A stretch of DNA of 64,000 bases from Desulfuromonadaceae bacterium (lineage in GTDB: Bacteria; Desulfobacterota; Desulfuromonadia; Desulfuromonadales; Desulfuromonadaceae). The notes under the pieces are model-generated. The model had not been told where the DNA came from and did not search any database. It saw only the letters and a list, made by a program, of their open reading frames with translations. Below are positions 11,277 through 20,835 of the stretch, one piece after another. The translations under genes were made by a program, and so were the position numbers. Within the stretch, counting starts at the first letter, position 1. Each line of letters begins with the position of its first letter. The stretch spans positions 3,618 to 67,617 of the forward strand of contig JAFGXV010000035.1 of NCBI GenBank assembly GCA_016936455.1, in the 5' to 3' direction.

Positions 11277-13025
11277 CTACAGCACCAGATCCTGAGACAG
11301 GCCCTTGCACGACGGAAAATCGACCGACCGTCCGTCTACAACCAGCCGTGCCTGCCCGGGCGTCACCTGCAAGGCCAGATCCGCATGCGGATGGCGCCGT
11401 CGCCAGATGGCAGCCAGACACAGGGCGCGCTCCAGCCCGTCCCCACGCTGAAAGTTCCACACCTCGTCCGGCTGGGCCAGTCGCGCATCCGAATAAATCG
11501 ACTCGCCCGTCAGGCCCTGCAGCGTCTCGATCAACGTATCATCGCAGAGCCCCTCCGTGCCCACCGCACAGACCGGATTGCGGGTCAGGGCCGCGTGAAC
11601 AAACGGCCGCCAGTCGCAACGCCCCAGATCGCGATAGGCATAAAAGGCCAGATCGGCGACAGGATGGTGACGACGTAACGTCTCTAGCTGCTCGATGATC
11701 TCATCGCGCTCCATGTCCACACCCAGCGCCAGCGGCTCGGCCGTCGGCACCGGTTCCTTAGCCTGCAGATCAGGCAAGCGCGGCTGTACCCGGATAAAGC
11801 TGCGCAAATCCTCGATCAGCTTGCAGGCGGCCGCCTGATCACAGTCAAACTCCTGCAACAGCGCGGTCTGCACAGACTCCCGCTCCAGATCCACCTGAGG
11901 ATGACGCTTGAAAAAGTCCTCCAGTCGTTCGAGGGCAATCCGGCCTGCCAGCGGCTGGGGCTGAAAATCATATTCATCCACTTCATCCAGCAACTTGTCG
12001 CGTGTGGTCCGATCCCCCACCTTGAAAGCACTGCCACGCTCATGGCGATAGACGTTTTCCGCCCCGACCCAATAGGTTTTGCCGTGGCGGACATGCTGCA
12101 GCTGGAAACAGCTCTGCAATGCCGTGTGCTGACGCAGAAAGTTGCACAGGATCTCCTCGCTCAGCTCCGTGCGCATGAAATCCGTCAACTGATGACGGAA
12201 CCGCTGATACGCTCCGCTGTCGATGGTCGCCTGCGGATAAACCACATGCACGTGACCGCTGCAGTGAGCCACCAGCGTCACCTGCTCATTGCGCAATGCC
12301 CGCTGGGCCCGGGCAGTCAGCGCCGTACCGTTGAACCACATGTTCTTGGTCACGATCCGCCGATTGTTGGTCATAATACCATCATTGACCGTGACAAAAT
12401 TCTGCGAATGCAGCGGCGTCGCCATCAGAAAGATCTGCTCCAGCGGGATACGGCACACCACGAACAGAGCAGCAGCGTAGAGGGTGGAAAGGGACACGCA
12501 TTCGCCGGCCCCTTTCTGGTAGCCCTCGCGATAGCAGAAGGCATCCATGGCCTCGACGGTTTCCGTCTTCCAGTAGGGAATAATCTCGCTGTCATACTTG
12601 TCGAGACCGAAATGGCGCCGGATATCGATATCGAAATAATACTTGTCGCCGGTGTAGCCAAACAGGGCATTACTGCGAGCGATCACCTCGGGATCCATCA
12701 CCGGGCGAAAGCGTTCGAGTTCCACGTCCTTGCGCGTCAGCCCCCAGGAATCGAGATCGAGATTAAAATCGTAGCGATCCATGATAAACTGCTTCAGCCG
12801 CAAAATCCGCCTGTAGGGATTGAGCTTGTCAATCTTGGCAAACCAGGGATCATCGCGCCAGCTCCACACCACCGGCGACATGATGTTGGCCAGCACCAGG
12901 CTGTAGAGCAGCTCCGGGTAGACAAAAATCTCCATATCGGAGAGGGTAATGGCGCAGGAATAACGATCGACCAGATTGTCGGGGAGGGCGTCTTGCGAGG
13001 CCACAGCAGAGGCTGGATAAGTCAT
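11277..13025 (-). CDS. Hypothetical protein with transglutaminase-like motifs
   Basis: 582-aa ORF with normal codon pattern; GECVSLSTLYAAAL...PLHSQNF and C-terminal QPDEVWNFQRGDGLERALCLAA. Confidence 0.75.
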   Translation of the reverse strand: MTYPASAVASQDALPDNLVDRYSCAITLSDMEIFVYPELLYSLVLANIMSPVVWSWRDDPWFAKIDKLNPYRRILRLKQFIMDRYDFNLDLDSWGLTRKDVELERFRPVMDPEVIARSNALFGYTGDKYYFDIDIRRHFGLDKYDSEIIPYWKTETVEAMDAFCYREGYQKGAGECVSLSTLYAAALFVVCRIPLEQIFLMATPLHSQNFVTVNDGIMTNNRRIVTKNMWFNGTALTARAQRALRNEQVTLVAHCSGHVHVVYPQATIDSGAYQRFRHQLTDFMRTELSEEILCNFLRQHTALQSCFQLQHVRHGKTYWVGAENVYRHERGSAFKVGDRTTRDKLLDEVDEYDFQPQPLAGRIALERLEDFFKRHPQVDLERESVQTALLQEFDCDQAAACKLIEDLRSFIRVQPRLPDLQAKEPVPTAEPLALGVDMERDEIIEQLETLRRHHPVADLAFYAYRDLGRCDWRPFVHAALTRNPVCAVGTEGLCDDTLIETLQGLTGESIYSDARLAQPDEVWNFQRGDGLERALCLAAIWRRRHPHADLALQVTPGQARLVVDGRSVDFPSCKGLSQDLVL

Positions 13026-13122
13026 GGGCTCACTGTAACCTCATCGCCAAAACCTGGCAACACCCGATTAGATATAAACGATCAGACCTGTCTGCACAGA
13101 CACTACATAAAGGAAACACATC

Positions 13123-13776
13123 ATGAGTCGCTGCGAATCTTTCTCCGATCTGATTTTCTGGTCCCATCGACTGGCACAGGAAACCCTGCAGCCGGGTGAT
13201 CTGGCTGTCGATCTCACCGTTGGGCACGGCCGTGACAGCCTCCATCTGGCACAATGTGTCGACAGCCGGCATCAGGGCACGGTACTCGGTTTTGACATTC
13301 AATCCCAGGCGATTGAAAACAGCCTGGCACAGCTAGAAAATGAAGGCATTCCCGCCTGCCGCATCAGCCGCCCTCAGCAGGTGCAGGCAGCCGGTGTTTT
13401 TCTCACTGAGACCTGCCACGCCCGACTGTCCCTGTTCCTGCCGCGCGCTCCCAAAGTGGTCATGGCCAACCTCGGCTACCTGCCTGGCGGCGACCACCGA
13501 CTGGTCACCCGCGCAGAGACCACCTGTGCAGCGCTTGAACAGGCGCTCGAAGAACTGGTTGCTGGAGGCCGGCTGATTCTGGTCGTCTATCGCCGTCATG
13601 AGGGAGGGAAGGAGGAAAGTCAGGCCGTTGATCGCCTGCTGCAGGGGCTCAACCCCAATCAATGGGATGTGCTGCGACTCGACCCGTTCAATCGCCAGCA
13701 GGCACCTTACCTGCTGGTGGCCGAGAAAAAACAAACGTCGCCAAAAGGCGCTGCGAAATTCTTCCTGAAAAAATGA
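13123..13776 (+). CDS. SAM-dependent methyltransferase, YtqB/MnmM family (likely tRNA mnm5(s2)U34 methylase)
   Basis: VDLTVGHGRD, GFDIQ, NLGYLPGGD, H-EGG-EE family motifs. Confidence 0.8.
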   Translation: MSRCESFSDLIFWSHRLAQETLQPGDLAVDLTVGHGRDSLHLAQCVDSRHQGTVLGFDIQSQAIENSLAQLENEGIPACRISRPQQVQAAGVFLTETCHARLSLFLPRAPKVVMANLGYLPGGDHRLVTRAETTCAALEQALEELVAGGRLILVVYRRHEGGKEESQAVDRLLQGLNPNQWDVLRLDPFNRQQAPYLLVAEKKQTSPKGAAKFFLKK

Positions 13777-13789
13777 GGCCGCCACCCCC

Positions 13790-14701
13790 TCAGCGTCGCC
13801 GCGCCAGTCGTTGCTCCAACATCTCCAGTTCGCTCAGGGTCTCCAGATAGCGCTGATAACGCTCAGCACTCATCTGCCCCTGCGCTACCGCAGCCGTGAT
13901 GGCACAACCCGGTTCCTGGCGGTGGCGGCAGTTGCGAAAACGACAGCTCGCCTGCTCCAGAATCGGCAGAAACCCCGGGAAGAAATGACTTAAATCCTCG
14001 CTGCTGACATCCACCGGGGCGAAATCGCGAAAGCCTGGCGTATCCACCAGTTCCCCGCCATCGGGCAGCGACATCAGCATGGAAACACTGGAGGTATGGG
14101 CCCCCTGCAGATCCTCGTTCAGGTCCCCGACGGGCAGCGCCAGCCCCGGACACAGAGCATTGAGCAGCGAGCTTTTGCCCACCCCGGACACGCCAACCAG
14201 GGCAGCGCGGCCACATTCGGCCAGAAAACGGCGCAGCGCCAGCAGGCTGCCGGGCTGCTTGGCACTGACGATCAGGCAGGGCTCGATGGTGTCGAACAAC
14301 TGCCGCAGCGCCGCGGAGAGCTCAGCGGCCTCGGCGAAATCGGCCTTGTTCACCAGCAGAAACGGCCGGATTCCCGCCGCCCGCGCTGCCACCACCGCAC
14401 GCTCGATAAAACCGTGGGGCGTTTCCGGCTGCGGCGCCACCACAATCCCCAGCACGTCCAGATTCGCCGCCACCGGCTTGACCTTGTTGAAGACATCGCG
14501 CCGCTGCAACACCGTGCGGCGGTCCAAGCGCGTCAGCACCTCGCCCTGAACGGTCACCCGGTCGCCCACCACATGGCCGGAATTGCGTTTGACCTTGACC
14601 GTCACCACCGAGCCATCGGCCCGACACACAGCCACTTCGACCCCAAAATGCTGAATAATGATGCCGTCGTCCGCACCGGCGGTGTTCACGGGGAATGTCA
14701 T
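13790..14701 (-). CDS. rsgA: Ribosome small subunit-dependent GTPase RsgA
   Basis: Circularly permuted GTPase NKAD, GVSGVGKSS, DTPG; Zn finger CRFRNCRHRQEPGC. Confidence 0.92.
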   Translation of the reverse strand: MTFPVNTAGADDGIIIQHFGVEVAVCRADGSVVTVKVKRNSGHVVGDRVTVQGEVLTRLDRRTVLQRRDVFNKVKPVAANLDVLGIVVAPQPETPHGFIERAVVAARAAGIRPFLLVNKADFAEAAELSAALRQLFDTIEPCLIVSAKQPGSLLALRRFLAECGRAALVGVSGVGKSSLLNALCPGLALPVGDLNEDLQGAHTSSVSMLMSLPDGGELVDTPGFRDFAPVDVSSEDLSHFFPGFLPILEQASCRFRNCRHRQEPGCAITAAVAQGQMSAERYQRYLETLSELEMLEQRLARRR

Positions 14702-16473
14702 GCGTTTCCTTTCTCACGATCCTGCTGCAACGTCTGGATCGCCCACAGCCGGGCATAACGGCCGCCCTGCGCCAGCAACTGCTGGTGGCTGCCCTGCTCA
14801 CACAGCTGGCCGCGGTGCAGCACCAGGATGCGATCGGCAAGTCTGGCGGCCAGCGCAAGGTGATGAATGATCAGCAGCCGCGTACACTGGCCGGACAGCC
14901 CCTGCAGGGCCTGGTAGATGCGCCGCTCGCTGTCGCTGTCGAGATGGCTGGTGGCCTCGTCGAGAATCAGCACCTGCGGCTGCTTGACCAGCGCCCGCGC
15001 CAACGACAGCAACTGGCGTTCACCACTGGACAGATTACGCCCGCGGCTGTCGATGGCGGCGACATCGAGTCCGCCGAGCCGCTCGACCAGAGTCCGTGCG
15101 CCACTGCGTTCCAGCGCCGCCCACAGCTGGTCGTTCCTGTAGCGCCCGTCGGCGTCGAGATTCTGCCGAATGCTCCCATGGAACAGAAAGGGCTCCTGCG
15201 CCACCCAGCCCAGCTGGGCCGACAGGCTTTCCCGCGTCAGCTGCTGAACCTCAATCCCATTCACCAGCACCCGGCCCGAATCCGGGCGGTAAAAACCGAG
15301 CAGCAGCTGGGCCAGAGTCGTCTTGCCGCAGCCGGTCTCGCCGACTAGCGCCACACATTCCCCGCCCGCCACCTCCAGGCTCAGCCCGCGCACCACCGGC
15401 TCGGAAGGCTGATAGGCGAAATGAACCGCTTCAAACGCCACCCGACCGGGACCCGAGGGCAGGGAAAGCATCCCCGCGGCCTCCTCGCGTTCGTCGAGCA
15501 GGGCAAAAATACGTTCCAGCGCGGCGTTGCTGGTCTGGAGTACGGAAAATTTCGCCGCCAGTTCCGTCAGTGGCATGAAAAACTTGCGCGCATACTCAAT
15601 GAACGCCACCAGGGTGCCAAAACTGATGTGACTGCCCAGCACCTGCGCCCCACCCTGCCAGATAATCGCCGCCACGGCAAGACTGCCGAAAAGGTGAACA
15701 CTGGCATAAAAAAGAGTCTCCCAGCGCACCCAGGACAGCGCCGCGCTCAGGTAGTCCTGCTGCAGGGCTTCAAACTGTTCGGCACTGGATTGCTCCTGAC
15801 CGAAAATCTGAACCTCGGCCATACCATTGACCCGCTCGCCGACAAAGCCATTGAGACCCGCCGTCTGGGCACGCAGCCGCCGCATCAGCGAGCGCATGGG
15901 CCGACGCAACAGCAGCAACACCCCGAGCAGCAGCGGTGCCACGGCAAAAGCCACCAGCGTCAGACCGACATGCAACGACAGCATCACCGACAACACCAGC
16001 ACCATGGTCAGCACATCGCCAAACGCGGAAACAATCCCGGAGCCAAACAGGTCCCCGACCTGCTCCACATCGTTGGTCAGGCGGGTGACCAGACGGCCGG
16101 ACGGCTGCCAGTCGAACCAGCGCTGCGGCAGGCGGGAAAGTTTGGCAAAACTGTCGCGGCGCAGGTCCGCCATCACCCGCTGGCCGACCACCTGCACACA
16201 CCAGGACTGGCTGAACACCAGCACGGCTTCGGCCAGCAGCAGGGCGATCAACAGCGCGGCAATGGGCCACAGCAGGTCAAGCCGTCCGGGCAGGAGACTG
16301 TTATCAATAGCCCGCTGTAGGCAGAGCGGCTCCAGGGTGCGCACCAGGGAAATGGCGGGCAGCAGGGCGAAACCGGTGATGGCCCCGCGCCGGTAAGGCC
16401 GCAGCAACGGGACAAAGCGCCGCAATAGCGCGAGATCGAGAAAGCGGCCGCGGATTTCGTCGTCGTGCTTCAC
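14698..16473 (-). CDS. ABC exporter ATP-binding/permease subunit (MdlB-like)
   Basis: TM domain, GETGCGKT, LSSGERQ, LILDEATS; GTG start overlapping the upstream stop. Confidence 0.88.
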   Translation of the reverse strand: MKHDDEIRGRFLDLALLRRFVPLLRPYRRGAITGFALLPAISLVRTLEPLCLQRAIDNSLLPGRLDLLWPIAALLIALLLAEAVLVFSQSWCVQVVGQRVMADLRRDSFAKLSRLPQRWFDWQPSGRLVTRLTNDVEQVGDLFGSGIVSAFGDVLTMVLVLSVMLSLHVGLTLVAFAVAPLLLGVLLLLRRPMRSLMRRLRAQTAGLNGFVGERVNGMAEVQIFGQEQSSAEQFEALQQDYLSAALSWVRWETLFYASVHLFGSLAVAAIIWQGGAQVLGSHISFGTLVAFIEYARKFFMPLTELAAKFSVLQTSNAALERIFALLDEREEAAGMLSLPSGPGRVAFEAVHFAYQPSEPVVRGLSLEVAGGECVALVGETGCGKTTLAQLLLGFYRPDSGRVLVNGIEVQQLTRESLSAQLGWVAQEPFLFHGSIRQNLDADGRYRNDQLWAALERSGARTLVERLGGLDVAAIDSRGRNLSSGERQLLSLARALVKQPQVLILDEATSHLDSDSERRIYQALQGLSGQCTRLLIIHHLALAARLADRILVLHRGQLCEQGSHQQLLAQGGRYARLWAIQTLQQDREKGNA

Positions 16474-18221
16474 AGCGCCTCCAGTTCCTGCGCCAGCCGC
16501 TCCTGACGGAAACGGCGGGCATAATAGCCGTCCTGCTCCACCAGTCGGGCGTGCGTCCCCTGTTCCAGAATCTGTCCAGCCTCCAGACAAACAATCCAGT
16601 CCGCCTCCTGCAGTAACGCCAGCCGGCTGGCCGCAAACAGCACCGTCCGCCCCTGGAGCAGGGGTCGCAGCTGTTGCCAGAGGACGTGCGCCGTATGGAC
16701 ATCGAGATGGCTGAACGGATCGTCGAGCAACCACAGGCCGCCATTTCGCGCCAGCGCCCGGCCGATAGCGGTGCGCTGGCGCTGACCGCCGGACAGGGTC
16801 AATCCGCCCTCTCCGATGGGCGTCGCCAGCCCGGCAGTAAAGTGGCGCACCTCCTCGCTCAGGCACACCCGTTCCAGCAACTGCTCCAGCTCGGCGTCGG
16901 ACAGTTGCGGCGCGCCAAAGCGCAGATTGTCCACCAGCGGACCGCTGAACAGCCGGCCTTCCTGCAGCACCGCGGACAGCCGCTGGCGATAAAGCGCTGC
17001 CGCGATCTCGCTCAGGTCCAGACCGTCGATCTCCAGCTGGCCCGGCGACAGCGGATAGCGGCCGCTGAGCAGTTGAATCAGGGTGCTCTTGCCACTGGCC
17101 ACCGGGCCGACCAGGCCAATGAATCCTCCGGCGGCTATTTCGAGCGACAGCGGGCCGAGCACCACCTTGTCCGGCTGGCTCGGATAGGCGAAACGAAGCT
17201 GGCGCAGGCGGATGGCAGGCCCGCAGTGCGCGTTGTCCGGCGCCGGCAGCGCCACAGGCAGCGGCGGCAGTTCCAGCAGCAGGGACATACGCTCCATGGC
17301 CGCAATGGCGCGCTGAATCAGGGTCAGAATCCAGCCGAAAATCAGGGTGGGCATGGCCAGCTGGACCAGATAGGCATTGAACGCCACCAGATCGCCCAGC
17401 TGCAGGGTGCCGGCAACGATCTGTCGGCCCCCGAAATAGAGCACCAGCAGCATCCCGCTCGGTGTCACCACACTCATCACCGGCAGAATTAATGCCCGCA
17501 CCCGCGCCAGGGCCAGAGCGTCGTCGAGATAGGTGGCATTGAGGGCATCAAAGGCCTGCTGGCGAGCACTGTCAAAGCCTGCACTGCGCAAGCTGCGCTG
17601 TCCGCTCAGGGTTTCATCAATGTAGGCGCTCAGGGTGCCAAGCTGGTCCTGCACGCGCGCCGAATAGGCCAGCACATGCCGGCTGATGGCCTTGATGGCC
17701 AGCACCATCAGCGGGAACGGCAGCAGCGCAACCAGGGTCAGACGCGGGGACAGCCACAGCATCCAGCCCAGGGTCATACTGTATACCACCAGCGCATTGA
17801 CCAGCGACAGTACACCAAAACCGGCCACCATGCGTACATTGGTCAGATCATTGGTCAGGCGTGAGATCAGATCACCGGTGTGGTGGCGGTCAAAAAAAGG
17901 CGCGTCGCAACCGAGCAGACGCTCGAACATGGCACGACGCAAATCGACCTCGACGCGGCGGCCGGTGTGGAGAAAATAGAGCCGCGATCGCACACGGCTG
18001 GCACTGCCGGCCAGCGTCAGCACCACCATCAGCAGCGCATAAAAAATCAGGTCTTCGGCGTTGTGCGCCTCGATCGCCGCCACGGCCAGCCGCATCAGCT
18101 GCGGCAGCGCCAGAATAAAGCCATTGCTCAGCAGCAGCCACAGCGAGCCCCACAGCAGCGCCCGGCGGTAACGCTTCAGCCAAGGCCATAGCTGGTCAAA
18201 AAACGGGATGGGTGAGATCAT
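16470..18221 (-). CDS. ABC exporter ATP-binding/permease subunit (MdlA-like)
   Basis: TGDLISRLTNDL, GPVASGKS, LSGGQRQR, LLDD (degenerate site of a heterodimer). Confidence 0.88.
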   Translation of the reverse strand: MISPIPFFDQLWPWLKRYRRALLWGSLWLLLSNGFILALPQLMRLAVAAIEAHNAEDLIFYALLMVVLTLAGSASRVRSRLYFLHTGRRVEVDLRRAMFERLLGCDAPFFDRHHTGDLISRLTNDLTNVRMVAGFGVLSLVNALVVYSMTLGWMLWLSPRLTLVALLPFPLMVLAIKAISRHVLAYSARVQDQLGTLSAYIDETLSGQRSLRSAGFDSARQQAFDALNATYLDDALALARVRALILPVMSVVTPSGMLLVLYFGGRQIVAGTLQLGDLVAFNAYLVQLAMPTLIFGWILTLIQRAIAAMERMSLLLELPPLPVALPAPDNAHCGPAIRLRQLRFAYPSQPDKVVLGPLSLEIAAGGFIGLVGPVASGKSTLIQLLSGRYPLSPGQLEIDGLDLSEIAAALYRQRLSAVLQEGRLFSGPLVDNLRFGAPQLSDAELEQLLERVCLSEEVRHFTAGLATPIGEGGLTLSGGQRQRTAIGRALARNGGLWLLDDPFSHLDVHTAHVLWQQLRPLLQGRTVLFAASRLALLQEADWIVCLEAGQILEQGTHARLVEQDGYYARRFRQERLAQELEAL

Positions 18222-18241
18222 GGTCTCCGCGTTGGTAAATG

Positions 18242-18270
18242 AAAAAGCGCCGACCCGAAGGGCCGGCGCT
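18242..18270 (-). terminator. Terminator after sucD
   Basis: Minus strand AGCGCCGGCCC-TTC-GGGTCGGCGCT followed by TTTT. Confidence 0.75.
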
Positions 18271-18298
18271 CGCTGAACCGTCGTCAGGACAGGCTGAA

Positions 18299-19174
18299 TC
18301 AGGCCTGGCCCAGCGCCTTGAGCATGGCTTCTCCCATGGTGGTCGGACTGGTGGCAACCGTAATGCCGCAGGCGGTCATGGCCGCAATCTTGTCCTCGGC
18401 CCGCCCCTTGCCGCCACTGATGATGGCACCGGCGTGACCCATGCGTTTGCCCGGAGGGGCCGTGCGACCGGCAATGAAGCCGGCGACGGGCTTGGTCATG
18501 TTTTCCTTGACCCAGGCCGCAGCTTCCTCTTCGGCGCAACCGCCGATTTCGCCGATCATCAGCACGCCCTCGGTGTCTGGATCATCGTTGAACCGTTTTA
18601 GCACATCGACGAATTTCATGCCAATAATCGGATCACCACCAATACCGACACAGGTCGACTGACCGAGACCGACATCCGTCAGCTGCTTGACGGCCTCGTA
18701 GGTCAGGGTGCCACTGCGCGACACCACGCCGATCTTGCCAGGCTTGTGAATATAGCCAGGCATGATGCCGATTTTGCACTGTCCCGGCGTAATCAGTCCC
18801 GGGCAGTTGGGCCCGATGAGCAGGGTATTGCTGTCGGCCAGCACGCGACGGGTCAGCACCATGTCCTTGACCGGCACCCCCTCGGTGATGCAGACCACCA
18901 GATCGACCCCGGCATCGCAGGCTTCGAGAATGGCATCGGCTGCGCCCGGCGGCGGCACGAAAATCATGGAGACAGTGCCGCCGGTCACGCGCACCGCTTC
19001 TTCCATGGTATCGAATACCGGGATACCATCCACGTGGATGCCGCCCTTGCCCGGCGTCACGCCGCCGACGATGTTGGTCCCATAGGCGCGACACTCTCGG
19101 GTGTGGAACAGACCCGTTTTGCCGGTTATGCCCTGAACAATGACCTTGGTTTGCGAATTGATCAGTATCGACAT
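18299..19174 (-). CDS. sucD: Succinyl-CoA synthetase alpha subunit
   Basis: [31 protein letters not shown]. Confidence 0.97.
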   Translation of the reverse strand: MSILINSQTKVIVQGITGKTGLFHTRECRAYGTNIVGGVTPGKGGIHVDGIPVFDTMEEAVRVTGGTVSMIFVPPPGAADAILEACDAGVDLVVCITEGVPVKDMVLTRRVLADSNTLLIGPNCPGLITPGQCKIGIMPGYIHKPGKIGVVSRSGTLTYEAVKQLTDVGLGQSTCVGIGGDPIIGMKFVDVLKRFNDDPDTEGVLMIGEIGGCAEEEAAAWVKENMTKPVAGFIAGRTAPPGKRMGHAGAIISGGKGRAEDKIAAMTACGITVATSPTTMGEAMLKALGQA

Positions 19175-19183
19175 CGGTTCCCC

Positions 19184-20359
19184 CTATTCCGCCTCTTCGA
19201 ATTCTTTCAACATGGCCACGATCCGCTCGGCACCTTCGCCGAGAAAATCGGCGCACTGCACATTCAGTCCCGAGTTGGCCAGCAGGCTCTTGCCTTCCTC
19301 GACCTGGGAGCCATCCATGCGCACCACGATGGGCAGCAGGCACTGGCTGTCGCCGGCCGCCTCGATGATCCCCTGGGCGATGACATCGCAGCGCATGATG
19401 CCGCCGAAAATGTTGACGAACACGCCCTTGACATCCTTGTCCTGCAAAATGATGCGAAAGGCTTCGGCCACCTTTTCGCGGGTGGCGCCGCCACCGACAT
19501 CAAGAAAGTTGGCCGGTTCACCGCCCTTTTCCTTCAGCACATCCAATGTTGCCATGGCCAGTCCGGCACCGTTGACCATGCAACCGATGTTGCCGTCGAG
19601 CTTGATGTAGGCCAGATCGAACTTGCCGGCACTGATCTCCAGCGGTTCCATCTGCGAATAATCCTGCATTTCATGGTATTCCCAGTGGCGGAACAAGGCA
19701 TTGTCATCGAAATTAATCTTGGCGTCGAGAGCCAGCAGCCAGCCGGCCTTGGTCACCACCAGCGGATTGATTTCGATCAGCGAGCAGTCCTTGTCGAGGC
19801 AGCAGCGGTACAGATTCAGGATCAGCTGTACACAATCCTCGGCCACGCTGCCCTCGAGACCAATGGCATGGGCCAGCCGGCGCGCCTGATAACCGCGCAG
19901 CCCGGTATAGGGATCGATAAACAGCTTGTGAATCTTTTCCGGCGTGGTGGCGGCCACTTCCTCGATGTTCACCCCGCCTTCCGCCGAGGCAATAAAGCAG
20001 TAGCGCGAGCTCTCGCGATCGAGGGCGATGGACAGGTAGTACTCGCGTCCGACCTCGACTGTTTCTTCCACCAGGATCCGCCGCACCTTGAGCCCCTCGG
20101 GACCGGTCTGCGGTGTCACCAGCCGCTTGCCGAACATCTCCTTGGCGATCTCATGGGCCTGCTCGGGATGGTAAGCCACCTGCACCCCCCCTGCCTTGCC
20201 GCGGCCACCGGCGTAAATCTGGGCCTTGACAACACAGCGACCGCCCAGCATTTTCGCCTTGCGTTCCACCTGATCCGCCGTCACCGCCACCCGGCCACGC
20301 GGAACCGGGATGTCGTAGGCACTCAGAATTTCCTTAGCCTGGTATTCATGGATATTCAT
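19184..20359 (-). CDS. sucC: Succinyl-CoA synthetase beta subunit
   Basis: MNIHEYQAKE, GGRGKAGG, NGAGLAMAT, NIFGGI. Confidence 0.97.
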   Translation of the reverse strand: MNIHEYQAKEILSAYDIPVPRGRVAVTADQVERKAKMLGGRCVVKAQIYAGGRGKAGGVQVAYHPEQAHEIAKEMFGKRLVTPQTGPEGLKVRRILVEETVEVGREYYLSIALDRESSRYCFIASAEGGVNIEEVAATTPEKIHKLFIDPYTGLRGYQARRLAHAIGLEGSVAEDCVQLILNLYRCCLDKDCSLIEINPLVVTKAGWLLALDAKINFDDNALFRHWEYHEMQDYSQMEPLEISAGKFDLAYIKLDGNIGCMVNGAGLAMATLDVLKEKGGEPANFLDVGGGATREKVAEAFRIILQDKDVKGVFVNIFGGIMRCDVIAQGIIEAAGDSQCLLPIVVRMDGSQVEEGKSLLANSGLNVQCADFLGEGAERIVAMLKEFEEAE

Positions 20360-20435
20360 ACAACCCCCCACTCAATAAAACGTTTCAGCCCGGCACCGCT
20401 GCCGCGACCGCTCACAGCACATCATTCGTGCGTTT

Positions 20436-20451
20436 AGCATCAACCATGCCA
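20436..20451 (-). promoter_or_regulatory. sigma54 -24/-12 promoter of sucCD
   Basis: Minus strand TGGCATGGTTGATGCT (GG-N10-GC); IHF-like AATCAGTTGGTTA near 20535-20547; palindrome GGCCGA-N6-TCGGCC at 20647-20664. Confidence 0.65.
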
Positions 20452-20835
20452 GATCGGCTTACTCCCTGGTCCACCAGCACCGATCAGCACTTCCGCTCGT
20501 CAACTTGAAAAAACCTTCGATGGCATCCGGTGTCTAACCAACTGATTTTTGATGATATTTTAAAATCCTGTTCTAGCGGAATGCCTCCTCGGCCCTGACC
20601 GCTGGTCGCAGCAGTCATCCTGTGAACCCCGCGACAAGGCCCCCCCGGCCGAAAAAAGTCGGCCGATTCCGGCCCGGTTGGGAACAGGGTGCCGAAGGCT
20701 CGCCACCCTGCCGCCAGCACGATTCGAAAAAAATTCTTTCCAGTATGACAAATAAAACTGGCTTTTCCAGCGCTGCACGGGCATACTTCCTCATTTTTCT
20801 CCCCCCTTTTGCACCATAACAACAGGCAGGACTCC

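Noticed and set aside
16474-18539. Long N-terminal extensions of the two ABC ORFs in the ORF track
   Set aside because: They overlap neighbouring genes; better starts are at 16473 and 18221
18746-20437. 563-aa antisense ORF over sucCD (likewise 8357-9844, 23616-25259, 45307-46857, 52792-54474)
   Set aside because: Antisense shadows of well-supported genes
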